From Flavobacteriales bacterium (GTDB lineage Bacteria; Bacteroidota; Bacteroidia; Flavobacteriales; Flavobacteriaceae), in assembly GCA_027023475.1 (NCBI GenBank), contig JALVVJ010000019.1, positions 1,459 through 65,458 on the forward strand: a stretch of DNA of 64,000 nt, in the 5' to 3' direction. Position numbers and translations under genes: made by a program. Every line of letters begins with the position of its first letter. The first letter of the stretch is position 1. A model generated the notes under the pieces. The model saw only the letters and a list, made by a program, of their open reading frames with translations. It did no database searches and was not told the DNA's origin. Positions 1-8,675 of the stretch are shown here, piece by piece.

Positions 1-2
1 TC

Positions 3-680
3 GAGGATTTTACGGGCACTTGGTGTGTCAATTGTCCGCGTGTAATCTATCACCTGGAACAAGCCATGCAACAGGTTCCGGGCATCGTGCCCGTGGCCAT
101 CCACAACCGCGGCTACAACACCGACCCCTTCCACTTCAACGGTGTGGAAACCCTGGCATCGGAATACGGCATCAACGCCTATCCCACCCCGCTGATCAAC
201 CGCACCGAAGTGTGGGACGAAACCACCGGACATGTTCAACAATACCTGCAAAAAATCGTCCCTTTGGGCATTTCGGTAAGTAACCGGCTCAACGGCAATC
301 AATGGGACGTCACGGTCAATGTGCGCTTCGACATGGATTTGCCGCGCGACACGCTGCGGCTGGTGGTTTTCGTTACCGAAGACGGCCTCCATGCCGACCA
401 AGCCAACACCACCTCCTACTACGGCGGCCAAAATCCCATTCCCAACTTTGAACACAACCATGTGCTACGCCACAGCTTCACCGACCCGTTGGGCGATGCT
501 ATTCCCCAAGCGCAGCAAGCATTCGATAATGAATACACCTGGACCTATTCCGGCCCCGTCCCCGCCGCAGTAAGCGACCCGGCCAACATGCGCGTGGTGG
601 CCTTTGTGGTGCGCGGAACAAGTCAAGCCAAAACCGTAAATGTCAATGAAGTCAATGTCAACGAAGATGCGGATTATTAA
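3..680 (+). CDS. Omp28-related / thioredoxin-fold outer-membrane protein, C-terminal part (5' end outside window)
   Basis: The frame is open from the window edge. The stretch before the track ORF reads EDFTGTWCVNCP, a CxxC thioredoxin-like motif. Track ORF 66..680 is the internal-Met remainder. The family name comes from recalled similarity and was not searched. Confidence 0.6.
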   Translation, partial: EDFTGTWCVNCPRVIYHLEQAMQQVPGIVPVAIHNRGYNTDPFHFNGVETLASEYGINAYPTPLINRTEVWDETTGHVQQYLQKIVPLGISVSNRLNGNQWDVTVNVRFDMDLPRDTLRLVVFVTEDGLHADQANTTSYYGGQNPIPNFEHNHVLRHSFTDPLGDAIPQAQQAFDNEYTWTYSGPVPAAVSDPANMRVVAFVVRGTSQAKTVNVNEVNVNEDADY

Positions 681-3600
681 ACTAGTGCTTCCGGTTTTAC
701 TCGCCGGATGGTTTGCTTCGTCCCGGGCCCAAGGGTTTGGCTTCGGGCAGAACAAGCCCATATACGAAGATTTTAAGTTCAAGGTCTATCGCACCGAACA
801 TTTTGCGCTTTACAGCTATTTGGAAAACGATACGCTGCGCAAACGCTTCCTGCACGATGCCGAAAGTTGGTACTACAAACACCATTTGCTTTTCCGCACC
901 GACACACTCGAAAGGCCCATACCCGTTATCCTGTATAACAACCATGCGCAGTTCCAACAAACCACAGCCATTAGCGGGCAAATAGGCGTGGGCACCGGCG
1001 GCGTTACCGAAGGGCTCAAAACCCGTGTGGTCTTGCCGCTTCGTCCGTCTTACGGGCAAACCAAACATGTGCTTGGTCACGAACTGGTGCACGCCTTCCA
1101 ATACAACCATATCAAAACAAGCCCTTACTTGTCGTTCCAGCATTTGGCCAACATGCCGCTGTGGATGATCGAAGGTATGGCCGAATACCTCTCGCTGGGC
1201 CGCGTGGATGCCCACACGGCCATGTGGATGCGCGATGCGGTGCGCGGCGGTTTTTTCCCGCGCTACAAGGATATGTACAAGCCCAAATATTTTCCCTACC
1301 GTTACGGACAAAATTTCTGGGCCTTTTTCGGTGGCACTTTCGGCGACGATCAAATCGTCCGGCTCTTTGACGCCACCCTCCTTCAAGGGCCCGACAAAGC
1401 CATGGACAGTTTGTACGGCATGCGCATCGACACCTTTTTTGTGCGCTGGAAAACCGCCAACGAACAATACTACCGCCAATTCCTTCCCGGACGCGACACA
1501 ACCGTCCGCGGAACCGTGTTGTTCAACGGAAAAAACAGTGGACGCATCAACATTGCCCCCGCCCTGTCGCCCGACGGCAAAAAAATGGTGTTCCTTTCGG
1601 AAAAACAAGTGATTAGCTTGGACCTTTACCTGGCCGATTTGGAAACCGGAAAAACCAAAATTATCGGCTCGCATAGCATCAACAATCACATTGATGCCAT
1701 CGATGCCTACGAAAGCGCCGGCACCTGGTCGCCCGACGGCAAACGCTTTGCGTTTGTGGTGTTCAAAAAAGGCCGCAATCAGTTGGCCCTGGTGGATGTG
1801 GCCCGGCACAAAATCATCCGCACCCTGAAAATCGACGGGCTGGCATCCTTTTCCAATCCCGCCTGGTCGCCCGGCGGAAAATCCATCCTGTTGCTGGGCC
1901 AAAAGAACGGCCAAACCGACCTTTTCCTCTACTTCCCCGGAACCGGCCGGCTCCAACAAATCACCAACGACCCCTATGCCGAACTGACCCCTTCGTGGTC
2001 GCCCGACGGCAAACATATCGCCTTTGCCACCGATTATTACTACTACAAACGCGACCAATATCCCATGCACTATCATTTGGGCATCTTGGATTTGACCACC
2101 GGACAAAAGTCTTATCCGGGTGTTTTCCCCGGTGCCGATAACCTGAATCCCGTATATGCGCCCGATGGTCAAAGCATTTACTTCCTCTCGGACCGGGACG
2201 GATTCCGCGATATTTACCAATACGACCTTGACGACGGGAAAGTTTATCAACTAACTAAATACTTTACCGGCGTTTCGGGTATTACCAAATTCTCTCCGGC
2301 CCTGTGCGTCAATTACCGCACGGGCGAATTGATTTATAATTACTTTTTCGACCACGGCTACCAAATCGTCAAAGCCAGGCCCTCGCAGTTGCTTCACGAG
2401 CCGGTCAAACTTTCGGATGTGCATCACGAAGCGTCTTTGCTACCGCCCGATGTGCGCATTCAGCGGGCCATGGCGCTGATACGCAAAGGCGTCTTGCCCA
2501 AATACGGCTTGGTGGACGCCATGCTTCGCACCCGCATCGACTCGCTCGACATGAAGGTAACGACCGAAAAATACAAACCGCATTTCAAGCTGGATTTTAT
2601 CAGCAATTCGGGGTTCGGGATGACCACGTCGATATACGGAACCGGTTTCCAGGGCGGGGTAAATATGATTTTTAGCGATATGCTGGGCCGCAACACGCTT
2701 TCGGCCGCCGTGTCGCTCAACGGCGAAATTTATGACTTTGCCGCCATGGCCTTGTATTTCAATCAAGGCAAAAAACGCCAAATCGGTGTGTATGCTTCGC
2801 ATATTCCCTACACGAGTTTCGGTCAGGGCTATGATTTTGAAACCGTCGACGGGCAGGTTTACTACATCCAAAAGCTGTATATCCTGCACATGTTCGAAGA
2901 CAAGGTAGGCGCCTTTCGCTTATTCCCGTTCTCGCGCACCCAACGGCTCGAAGGCGGGCTGAGCTTGTCGCGTTATTACTTCCGCATCGACAGCCACAAC
3001 TATTATTACCCCTTCGACACGGTTTCGCAAAGCATATATCCCTATGCCGTGCACTACGAACGCCACAAAGAACCTTCGCCCGACGGCTTTACGCTGGGCG
3101 AAGTAAACGCCGCCTATGTGGGCGACAACTCCGTGTTCGGTATGACCGCACCCATGAAGGGTATGCGCTACCGTGTGGGCTTGCAGCGTTATTTGGGACA
3201 CCTGAATTTCTACACCGGAACGGTGGATTTCCGCGACTATGTCTATGTCAAACCCTTTACTTTCGCCTTCCGGTTGATGCACCTGAACCGCTTTGGCAAA
3301 GGCGTGGCCGATAACGACATTTTATATCCCTTCTTCATCACCTACGACTATTTTATCCGCGGTTATTCCTATGGCGTTTTGTCGGAATATGTGAATACAA
3401 CGCCGGGTGCAGCATTAACCCTCAACGATTTGATGGGCAACAAGTTGCTTGTTACTAATTTCGAAGTCCGCCTGCCTTTTACGGGCCCCGAACGCTTGGC
3501 CGCCATCAAATCGGGCTTTTTGTTTTCGGACCTGAGCTGGTTTGTGGATGCCGGCTGGGTTTGGGACAACGGCCAAAAACCCGTGCTTCGCTACACCGGA

Positions 3601-3756
3601 GCCCCCGGCGAGCGACGTTTGTGGGCTTCCACGGGCGTATCGCTACGCATCAACCTGTTCGGACAAATCATCCTGCAACCCTACCTGAGCACCCCGCTCA
3701 CGCTCAAAGGTTACCGCAAATGGTCGTTCGGATTCAGTTTCTATCCCGGATTTTGA
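667..3756 (+). CDS. Large outer-membrane protein: N-terminal HExxH (MA-clan-like) domain, PD40/TolB-type propeller repeats, C-terminal beta-barrel
   Basis: Track ORF 640..3756, started here at ATG 667 (MRIIKLVLPVLLAGWFASSRAQ, signal-like). It carries HELVH plus a downstream MIEGMAEY. Five PD40-type repeats are present (SPDGKKMVF, SPDGKRFAF, SPGGKSILL, SPDGKHIAF, APDGQSIYF). The aromatic-rich C-terminal third ends ...FYPGF, as in OM barrels. Confidence 0.8.
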   Translation: MRIIKLVLPVLLAGWFASSRAQGFGFGQNKPIYEDFKFKVYRTEHFALYSYLENDTLRKRFLHDAESWYYKHHLLFRTDTLERPIPVILYNNHAQFQQTTAISGQIGVGTGGVTEGLKTRVVLPLRPSYGQTKHVLGHELVHAFQYNHIKTSPYLSFQHLANMPLWMIEGMAEYLSLGRVDAHTAMWMRDAVRGGFFPRYKDMYKPKYFPYRYGQNFWAFFGGTFGDDQIVRLFDATLLQGPDKAMDSLYGMRIDTFFVRWKTANEQYYRQFLPGRDTTVRGTVLFNGKNSGRINIAPALSPDGKKMVFLSEKQVISLDLYLADLETGKTKIIGSHSINNHIDAIDAYESAGTWSPDGKRFAFVVFKKGRNQLALVDVARHKIIRTLKIDGLASFSNPAWSPGGKSILLLGQKNGQTDLFLYFPGTGRLQQITNDPYAELTPSWSPDGKHIAFATDYYYYKRDQYPMHYHLGILDLTTGQKSYPGVFPGADNLNPVYAPDGQSIYFLSDRDGFRDIYQYDLDDGKVYQLTKYFTGVSGITKFSPALCVNYRTGELIYNYFFDHGYQIVKARPSQLLHEPVKLSDVHHEASLLPPDVRIQRAMALIRKGVLPKYGLVDAMLRTRIDSLDMKVTTEKYKPHFKLDFISNSGFGMTTSIYGTGFQGGVNMIFSDMLGRNTLSAAVSLNGEIYDFAAMALYFNQGKKRQIGVYASHIPYTSFGQGYDFETVDGQVYYIQKLYILHMFEDKVGAFRLFPFSRTQRLEGGLSLSRYYFRIDSHNYYYPFDTVSQSIYPYAVHYERHKEPSPDGFTLGEVNAAYVGDNSVFGMTAPMKGMRYRVGLQRYLGHLNFYTGTVDFRDYVYVKPFTFAFRLMHLNRFGKGVADNDILYPFFITYDYFIRGYSYGVLSEYVNTTPGAALTLNDLMGNKLLVTNFEVRLPFTGPERLAAIKSGFLFSDLSWFVDAGWVWDNGQKPVLRYTGAPGERRLWASTGVSLRINLFGQIILQPYLSTPLTLKGYRKWSFGFSFYPGF

Positions 3757-3769
3757 TTTAGTTGTTCAG

Positions 3770-4389
3770 GCGTTCCGGGAACCTGCGGCTTCCTTAGGCC
3801 TGGCTATATGCCGCGCCTTGTTTCCCTTCACGGCTCCCGACATTGCTATGCAATGTGCGGGACAAGTTCCACAATCCCTCGGGGCGCCGGCGGCGGAATG
3901 AAAATTCCGCTGCCGGCGGCGCAAATGATATCGGGGCGGCGAGTTTTAATCTGAGAAACCCGGTAAAATACCACCTCGACCGTAGAATTCCTCCTTTGTT
4001 TTGCGCCGCCCGGCCCCGCGCCTTCGGCGCGGGGCCGGCGCCCCTTGTCTTGTTCCGCGGCTTCGCGAACCGCCTTGTGGCGTTTCGCTTCGCGGGCCTC
4101 GGAACCCTTCGGTTTCCTCGGCGGCTCCGGGAACCTGCGGCTTCCAATGACCAACGCCACAGGCCGCACCTTGTTTCCCTTCGCACCTTCGGGAGCCGGC
4201 GCGTTCCGCCTTCGGCTCCACGCTTGTCTCCCTACGGGCTCCACAAGCCGGCGCTTCGCCTGCGGCTTCGCTTGTCTTGTTCCGCAGCTACGGCAGCCAC
4301 CTACGGTGTCTGCCTTCGCCACCGCGTCAGCCCTGCGGTCTGCCGCGGGCTCCGCGAGCCCTCCGGTCTCGCTCCGCTACAATTTTTTT
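3770..4389 (+). repeat. Family-B GC-rich composite repeat, copy B1
   Basis: Aligns along its length with B6 (52005..52585) and the reverse complement of B5 (45176..45772). Hairpin 1 is at 3883..3922 and hairpin 2 at 4010..4038, followed by a tail of degenerate CTTGTCTCCCT / GCTTCGC / CCTGCGG units. Boundaries are approximate. Confidence 0.85.
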
Positions 4390-4440
4390 CGGAATGAGAA
4401 CACCGATTAACGATTAATCGATTTAAGATTTCCGAATTTT

Positions 4441-4788
4441 TCAAATCGCTAATCGATGTTCAAATGTTAGGTGTTCATTATTCGAGCGCCGGTCCCTGAG
4501 TGATTTTTGCGTAGCAAAAATTGTATCGAAGGGACGGCGCGCAACAAGCGCCAGGGATGGGAGCGGTTATGAGCCGAAGGGCTGCCCGAGCATTTTCCCG
4601 CAGGCGGAGGCCGACAGCGTGAGGCCCCACGCACCGCGGTGGCGCGAAGCGCCTAAATGCCGGTGCAGCCCGAGGTGAATTTGAGCGGACAGCCCGGTTC
4701 CCGCCTCGTGAACACGTCGCAGGACAAACAACGTGCAGGCCTGCGGCTGTGTGAACGAGTGCGGGAAGGCGCCCAAATAAAAAACACG
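4441..4788 (+). repeat. Family-A GC-rich structured repeat, copy A1 (core 4548..4788, extended left arm shared with A3)
   Basis: Core begins GCGCCAGGGATGGGAGCGGTTATG and ends GGCGCCCAAATAAAAAACAC. Two GTGAAC boxes bracket the hairpin 4716-4723/4740-4747. The left arm AAATCGCTAATCG...ATTCGAG-hairpin also occurs next to A3. Confidence 0.85.
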
Positions 4789-4815
4789 GTCTATAACCAC
4801 AACTTTGAAAACAAC

Positions 4816-5598
4816 TTACACGCCACCGTCCAACTCCATCAAAATGGGCGCATGGTCGGAATGCAAGGCATCGCGTAAAATCACATGACGCCGCACAGCC
4901 GGACGCAAATCCACCGTGGCCAAATGATAATCGATGCGCCAACCCTTGTTGCGTGCGCGTGCGCCTGCACGATACGACCACCAGGTGTATTGTTCGGGCC
5001 GCGGGTCGAAAAGCCGGAACGTGTCGTCGAATCCCAAATCCATAAAGGCCGAAAGCCATTCCCGCTCCTCGGGCAGAAAACCCGAAACGTTCCTAAGCCG
5101 CACAGGGTCGTGGATGTCGATGGGCTTATGACAAATATTATAATCGCCGCTCACAATCAGACGCGGCATGTGCCGGAGTAAATCCGACATATAGTTATAG
5201 AAAGCGTCCATGTAGCGGAATTTTATGCGCAAACGTTCGTCGTTGGTTCCGCTGGGCACATAAACGCTCATTACCGAAAAACCGTTGAAATCGGCACGTA
5301 TATTCCGGCCTTCGTCGTCCATAAAACCGATGCCGGTGCCGTATTCCACATGCAAGGGCTCGATTTTACTCAAAATGCCCGTTCCGCTGTATCCTTTGCG
5401 CTTGGCCGGGAACCAATACTGATACCGGAAACCCGCCTTGCGCAATGCTTCGGTATCGATCTGATCCTCCATGGCCTTGATTTCTTGCAAGCAAACAACG
5501 TCGGGACTCACCGTCGAAAGCCAAGGAATTAAACCCTTGCGCATGGCGGCACGGATGCCGTTTACGTTGTAGGACAATAAGCGGACGGGCTTGCACAT
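4816..5598 (-). CDS. xth: Exodeoxyribonuclease III
   Basis: Track ORF 4816..5601 starts at a GTG. The ATG at 5598 overlaps the rseP stop (TGATG). LLSYNVNGIRAA, QEIK and C-terminal SDHAPI are typical of the ExoIII/Xth family. Confidence 0.9.
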   Translation of the reverse strand: MCKPVRLLSYNVNGIRAAMRKGLIPWLSTVSPDVVCLQEIKAMEDQIDTEALRKAGFRYQYWFPAKRKGYSGTGILSKIEPLHVEYGTGIGFMDDEGRNIRADFNGFSVMSVYVPSGTNDERLRIKFRYMDAFYNYMSDLLRHMPRLIVSGDYNICHKPIDIHDPVRLRNVSGFLPEEREWLSAFMDLGFDDTFRLFDPRPEQYTWWSYRAGARARNKGWRIDYHLATVDLRPAVRRHVILRDALHSDHAPILMELDGGV

Positions 5599-6959
5599 CA
5601 CTTGCCGAACAAACGTATCAAATCATTGCCGTTGGCATAAAGAATCACCGCCAACAGGATAAAAAATCCCACCAATTGGGCTTTTTCCAGGAATTTGTCG
5701 CTGGGCTTGTGGCCGGTTATCATTTCGTAAACGGTAAACATGGCATGCCCGCCGTCCAAGGCCGGAATGGGTAACACATTTATCACGGCCAACATGATGG
5801 ACAAAAAAGCCGTTATTTCCCAAAAGGCCAACCAATCCCAGGTTGTGGGAAATATTTTGGCAATGGACACAAACCCACCCAAACCTTTATAGGCCCCGGT
5901 GGAAGGAGTGAAAATCATTTTGATTTGGTCGATATAACCCGTAAGCGTTTTCCACATCCGTTGAAAGCCCTTGCCAATGGATTGGAAAAATCCGTAACGA
6001 TGATATTCCACGCGTAAGAAACCTTGTTTTTGTAAGGTTTCCATATCGGGTGCGGCGAGCATAACGCCCAATTTTCCTTCTTCGCTTATGTGCACATTCC
6101 GGGTCAAGGTATCGCCGTCGCGCACAATTTGAATCTCTACATCCGTGCCGGGATGGGCTTCCAGGTAGTCGATCACTTGGTCCATGTATTTGACGGGCTG
6201 TCCGGCTATGGCTACAACACGGTCGCCCTTGCGCAAATCCACGCCGGCATTGGGCGATTGCTTGGCCATTTTGTTTATCATGAAAGGCAACCGCAGGTTG
6301 ATAAGCCCTTTCTTTTGTTTGCTTTCGATAAGTTGGTTAATCAAATCTCCGGGCATATTGATTTGCAAGGTGTCGCCTCCGCGCACTACGGTAACCTGTT
6401 TGGCGGCGAGCAACGGAACATTAGGTGAATCCACCAAATCGCCCAAATAATATACCGGCTTGCCGTCCAAAGCAATAATGTGATCACCGGTGCGGAAGCC
6501 CGCTTCTTTGAGCACCTGACTTTGCACCCATATACCATCGGGCAGACTGTTCAAGGGAACACGTTTTTCGCCCCAGGTAAAGGCAATCATGATGTAGATA
6601 AAAATGGCCAACAAAATATTGACAATAATGCCACCCAACATGATCAACAAACGCTGCCAAGCGGGTTTGCTACGAAATTCCCAGGGCTTGGGTTCGGAAT
6701 TCAAAAATTCCTTGTCCATACTTTCGTCTATCATGCCGGCAATTTTGACATAACCCCCCAGCGGCAGCCAACCGATTCCGTATTCGGTTTCACCGATTTT
6801 CTTTTTGAAAAGCGAAAATTTGGGATTAAAAAACAAATAAAATTTTTCAACTTTGGTCTTAAACAGTTTGGCCATCAAAAAGTGCCCCGCCTCGTGCAAA
6901 ACCACCAATAGGGAAATGCTGAGCAGGAACTGTGCAGCCACGATAATTGCTTCCTTCAT
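5598..6959 (-). CDS. rseP: RIP metalloprotease RseP (site-2 protease)
   Basis: HEAGHF (HExxH) in the first TM segment, a PDZ-like middle region, and NVLPIPALDGGH near the C-terminus. Confidence 0.9.
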   Translation of the reverse strand: MKEAIIVAAQFLLSISLLVVLHEAGHFLMAKLFKTKVEKFYLFFNPKFSLFKKKIGETEYGIGWLPLGGYVKIAGMIDESMDKEFLNSEPKPWEFRSKPAWQRLLIMLGGIIVNILLAIFIYIMIAFTWGEKRVPLNSLPDGIWVQSQVLKEAGFRTGDHIIALDGKPVYYLGDLVDSPNVPLLAAKQVTVVRGGDTLQINMPGDLINQLIESKQKKGLINLRLPFMINKMAKQSPNAGVDLRKGDRVVAIAGQPVKYMDQVIDYLEAHPGTDVEIQIVRDGDTLTRNVHISEEGKLGVMLAAPDMETLQKQGFLRVEYHRYGFFQSIGKGFQRMWKTLTGYIDQIKMIFTPSTGAYKGLGGFVSIAKIFPTTWDWLAFWEITAFLSIMLAVINVLPIPALDGGHAMFTVYEMITGHKPSDKFLEKAQLVGFFILLAVILYANGNDLIRLFGK

Positions 6960-6994
6960 AGGTCGAAAAGTATATCTAAATTAAGCGTTTACAA

Positions 6995-7027
6995 AAGTAA
7001 GTAAAATAAGCCGAAGCGCCTTCGGCC
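6995..7027 (-). terminator. Possible intrinsic terminator after the OstA-like gene
   Basis: Hairpin GCCGAAG-CGC-CTTCGGC at 7010..7026. On the minus strand it is followed by TTATTTTACTTACTTTTG, a weak and interrupted T run. Confidence 0.35.
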
Positions 7028-7037
7028 CGTGTATTTC

Positions 7038-8642
7038 CTACATTCCTTTCAGGAAAGATTTGGGCAGGATGGGTTCGCTTGATTTGCGCGGCGGAACATA
7101 TTCGGGAATATCCGGCAACTTAGGCGGGTCGAAATCCAAAGGGCGGCCTTCCAAGAGCTCGTCCGGCGAAGCGATTCGTTCCTTTCCGCGCCACTCGAAA
7201 CCTTTGAGTTGCTTCGACTGCGGTGGTATTTGTCCGGGCGGATAAGTGGTTCCTTGCGGCTTGTCGCGCAAGTAAATGCGCACGGCTTGTCCGGTGGTGT
7301 CCAGGTCGATGTTGATCTCGGAACACACACTGCGGTCGATGCCCGTGAGCCGGTTTTGGTCGTCGCGCAAGTAATAAACGGTTTCGGTGTTGCCGCGAAT
7401 ATCGATATGGCGCAGGCGTCCGTCGATAAATTTTCCGCGCAATTCCTTGCCTTTGATTTGATTGAATCCGGCACTGTCTTTTTGCGCAATAAAAACATCA
7501 CGCGGAATGAGCAAGGAATCGATGTGCCGGCCCGTGGAATCGTTCAGGATAACAATGCTCCGGCCCGTGATTTGGCTATCGTTGTTCCACAAAACCGGCC
7601 GGCGGTGCAATTCAATGCGGTGTTTTTTCCCGGATTGATAAAGCGAATCGGCGCGGCCGCTAAAATCGCGTTGGAAAAAGCGCACATCCGGATAGGCGAA
7701 AGTTTCGCGAAAACTGTCCCGCTTACGGACAATAATGTGTCCGGCGGCCAAGTAGAGGGTATCTTTGTCATCGTAGTTTACCACAACGGGCTTCCGGTCG
7801 AGGAAAACCGAATCCCGGGCGTTCCACATTTCGGCATAGCCGGCCAGGGTCAGGATACCGTTGGTGCTGTCCTTGATGCGCACCCGGCCCGTGGCGGCAT
7901 AGAAATCCTTTTGCCGGTCGGCATAAATGCTATCGGCGGCCGTCCAACGGTCTTTGGAGCGCACAAAAGCACGGCCCGTAAACCAAGCCACGGAATCGCG
8001 GCTGTGATATTGACCGCCTTCGGCATAGATCAAGTCGGAAGCGTTGCGAATTTCGGTGGGGCCCAAAAAACGGGTGATTTGAGCGCGCGTGTCGTAGTCC
8101 AAATGCACCGACCGGATACGGTAATCGGGATTGTCGATCCGCACGCCGTTTTGGAATTCATAGCGGTTTTGCTTGATGTAATACCGGCCTATCCGGCTAC
8201 GGATGGTGTTTATGGTATCGCGAATAATCCCGCCCGAACGGTAATAGGCCAGGTCGCGCCGTTTGTCGTAGAACAAGGTATCGGTATCCAATTGCATGGT
8301 AGGGTCAGTCAGGTGAACCTTTTCCATGGCCAAAGCAAAATCACGGCTTCCGTCGTATCGGATAATGCCGGCCGTAAGCCGCAGCGTGTCGCCTTGATTG
8401 AGTTCCACATTGCCAATGGCTTCGGCAAAATTTTTCCTTGTATCCAAAAGGGCTTTATCGCAAGTGAGCAAGGCGTCTTTGTGTTGCAATTGCACGTGTC
8501 CGGTGAGTAATTTCAGGTCGGGATATTTTTTGTTCAGAATCATTTTGTCGGCATGCAAAACTTGTATGGGCTCGGATTTTTGTTCCTGAGCCGGTAATGA
8601 AACAAAGAGCGGAAGCAACAATATGAAAACAAGTTTTTTCAT
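7038..8642 (-). CDS. OstA/LptA-like domain protein (periplasmic/OM, LPS-transport-related family)
   Basis: Track ORF trimmed to ATG 8642 (MKKLVFILLLPLFVSLPAQ, a signal peptide). The N-terminal region resembles OstA_N-type repeats from memory. It sits upstream of rseP. Confidence 0.6.
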   Translation of the reverse strand: MKKLVFILLLPLFVSLPAQEQKSEPIQVLHADKMILNKKYPDLKLLTGHVQLQHKDALLTCDKALLDTRKNFAEAIGNVELNQGDTLRLTAGIIRYDGSRDFALAMEKVHLTDPTMQLDTDTLFYDKRRDLAYYRSGGIIRDTINTIRSRIGRYYIKQNRYEFQNGVRIDNPDYRIRSVHLDYDTRAQITRFLGPTEIRNASDLIYAEGGQYHSRDSVAWFTGRAFVRSKDRWTAADSIYADRQKDFYAATGRVRIKDSTNGILTLAGYAEMWNARDSVFLDRKPVVVNYDDKDTLYLAAGHIIVRKRDSFRETFAYPDVRFFQRDFSGRADSLYQSGKKHRIELHRRPVLWNNDSQITGRSIVILNDSTGRHIDSLLIPRDVFIAQKDSAGFNQIKGKELRGKFIDGRLRHIDIRGNTETVYYLRDDQNRLTGIDRSVCSEINIDLDTTGQAVRIYLRDKPQGTTYPPGQIPPQSKQLKGFEWRGKERIASPDELLEGRPLDFDPPKLPDIPEYVPPRKSSEPILPKSFLKGM

Positions 8643-8675
8643 AGAGAAATAAGCACGCATAAAGATACAATAATC

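Noticed and set aside
697-2250. Long antisense ORFs opposite well-supported genes (697..2250, 7209..8510, 18856..20199, 25667..26701, 30547..31692, 39081..40196, 39964..40827, 63045..63950 and many shorter ones).
   Set aside because: Each lies fully inside a gene with clear family hallmarks on the other strand. Their translations are low-complexity (rich in G/V/H/F/R) and carry no motifs. They are typical shadow ORFs.
4021-4027. CTTCGG strings (here and at several places in B tails) as classical C(UUCG)G tetraloops.
   Set aside because: In hairpin 2 full complementarity gives CC-TTC-GG, a triloop. The UUCG register would break the next pair. I therefore do not claim UUCG tetraloops. Only the GTGA loop of B6 is a clean GNRA-type loop.
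4040-4389. The tails of B elements as a possible CRISPR or TIGR-like array.
   Set aside because: The units are degenerate, of variable length and contiguous. There is no regular repeat-spacer periodicity, and no cas, tas or other effector genes occur in the window.
3794-4410. Several 90-184 aa ORFs on both strands inside repeat B1 (3794..4186, 3843..4397, 3846..4322, 4045..4410), with similar ones in B5 (45073..45797) and B6 (52048..52735).
   Set aside because: All six frames are open here simply because the DNA is GC-rich. The products are Arg/Ala/Pro/Gly low-complexity. The three B copies are read in different frames across the same conserved hairpins, so no protein is conserved.
4761-4790. 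Family-A 3' ends (GC stem plus a run of A) as intrinsic terminators.
   Set aside because: In the element orientation the helix is followed by A rather than T. On the opposite strand the T run precedes the helix. Neither strand gives the canonical hairpin-then-U-tract arrangement.
4478-5059. 193-aa ORF spanning repeat A1 and running antisense into xth.
   Set aside because: It is half repeat sequence and half shadow of the well-supported xth gene. There are no motifs.
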